64,000 bases of DNA, from NCBI RefSeq assembly GCF_963853765.1, contig NC_088855.1, positions 51,646,001-51,710,000 of the forward strand, written 5' to 3'. The translations under genes and the position numbers were made by a program. Every line of letters begins with the position of its first letter. Position 1 is the stretch's first letter. Below the pieces are notes generated by a model. That model had not been told where the DNA came from, ran no database searches, and was given only the letters and a program-made list of their open reading frames with translations. Below, piece by piece: positions 63,478 through 64,000 of this stretch. This stretch comes from Magallana gigas (lineage: Eukaryota).

Positions 63478-64000
63478 AGGATTATGAACTGCGTCTTTAC
63501 CAAAAATTAAATCACTGATACAACAATGGAATAGACGAATACTCACGCCAATTGGCCGAGTGAAAATTGTTAAAACTCTTATTTTGCCAAAACTTAATCA
63601 TTTATTTATTTCTCTTCCCTCGCCAAAATGTGAAAAAAATAACTTTACTTTCTAAAGATTTATTTGAATTTATATGGAAATCAAAATGTGATAAAGTAAA
63701 AATAGTTGTTGTATCTCAAGATTACTTATCTGGGGGTTTAAAAATGGTTAATGTAGACTTTTTCATCAAGTCATTAAAATGTTCTTGGATTAAGAAATTA
63801 ACCAAAAACAACAAGCCATGGTTAGATATATTCTTAACAATTAATGGTAGAGACATTGTAAATGAAATATTTGATTTTGGTGATGCATTTTTCTCGGATA
63901 TTTTGATACCTAAAAATAATGATTTTTGGAATGATGTTTTTACCTCATGGCTATATGTCATGAAGAATACTGAAAATGAAATGTATGCAAAAAACAATTT
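63478..64000 (+). mobile_element. L1/Tx1-clade LINE ORF2 fragment (post-RT region), frameshifted, runs off the window
   Basis: LPKIKSLIQQWNRRILTPIGRVKIVKTLILPKLNHLFISLP; then DLFEFIWKSK...DYLSGGLKMVN...IKSLKCSWIKKL...FWNDVF. Confidence 0.75.

Overview
AT-rich animal genomic DNA with spliceosomal introns and two assembly gaps. The repeat content (Cg170-like satellite, Helentron-like hairpins, Penelope) suggests a bivalve, probably an oyster; that is inference. The main content is a tandem cluster of at least 12 paralogous loci, which I reconstructed by hand from splice sites. They encode small type-I membrane or membrane-anchored proteins sharing a ~65-80 aa six-cysteine ectodomain (C-x5-C-x2-C-x18/21-C-x24/27-CC-xGN-x4-YN) that I cannot assign to a named family. 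Seven loci look intact (A1, B1, B2, B4, B5, B6, B7, B8 less any unverified; A1 and B5 have long Tyr-motif tails, B1/B4/B6/B8 short tails, B2/B7 no tail) and several are pseudogenes or orphan exons. The B-type ectodomain exons are nearly identical while their stalk, TM and tail exons and introns are highly diverged. This resembles a paired immune-receptor cluster under birth-and-death evolution with exon-restricted gene conversion. Interspersed mobile DNA: a near-complete Ngaro-type tyrosine-recombinase retrotransposon with split direct repeats, two dead DD34E Tc1 copies in opposite orientation, a non-autonomous mariner, several TIR MITEs, a perfect ~106-bp palindromic insertion with a target duplication, and Penelope, L2/CR1 and L1/Tx1 fragments.
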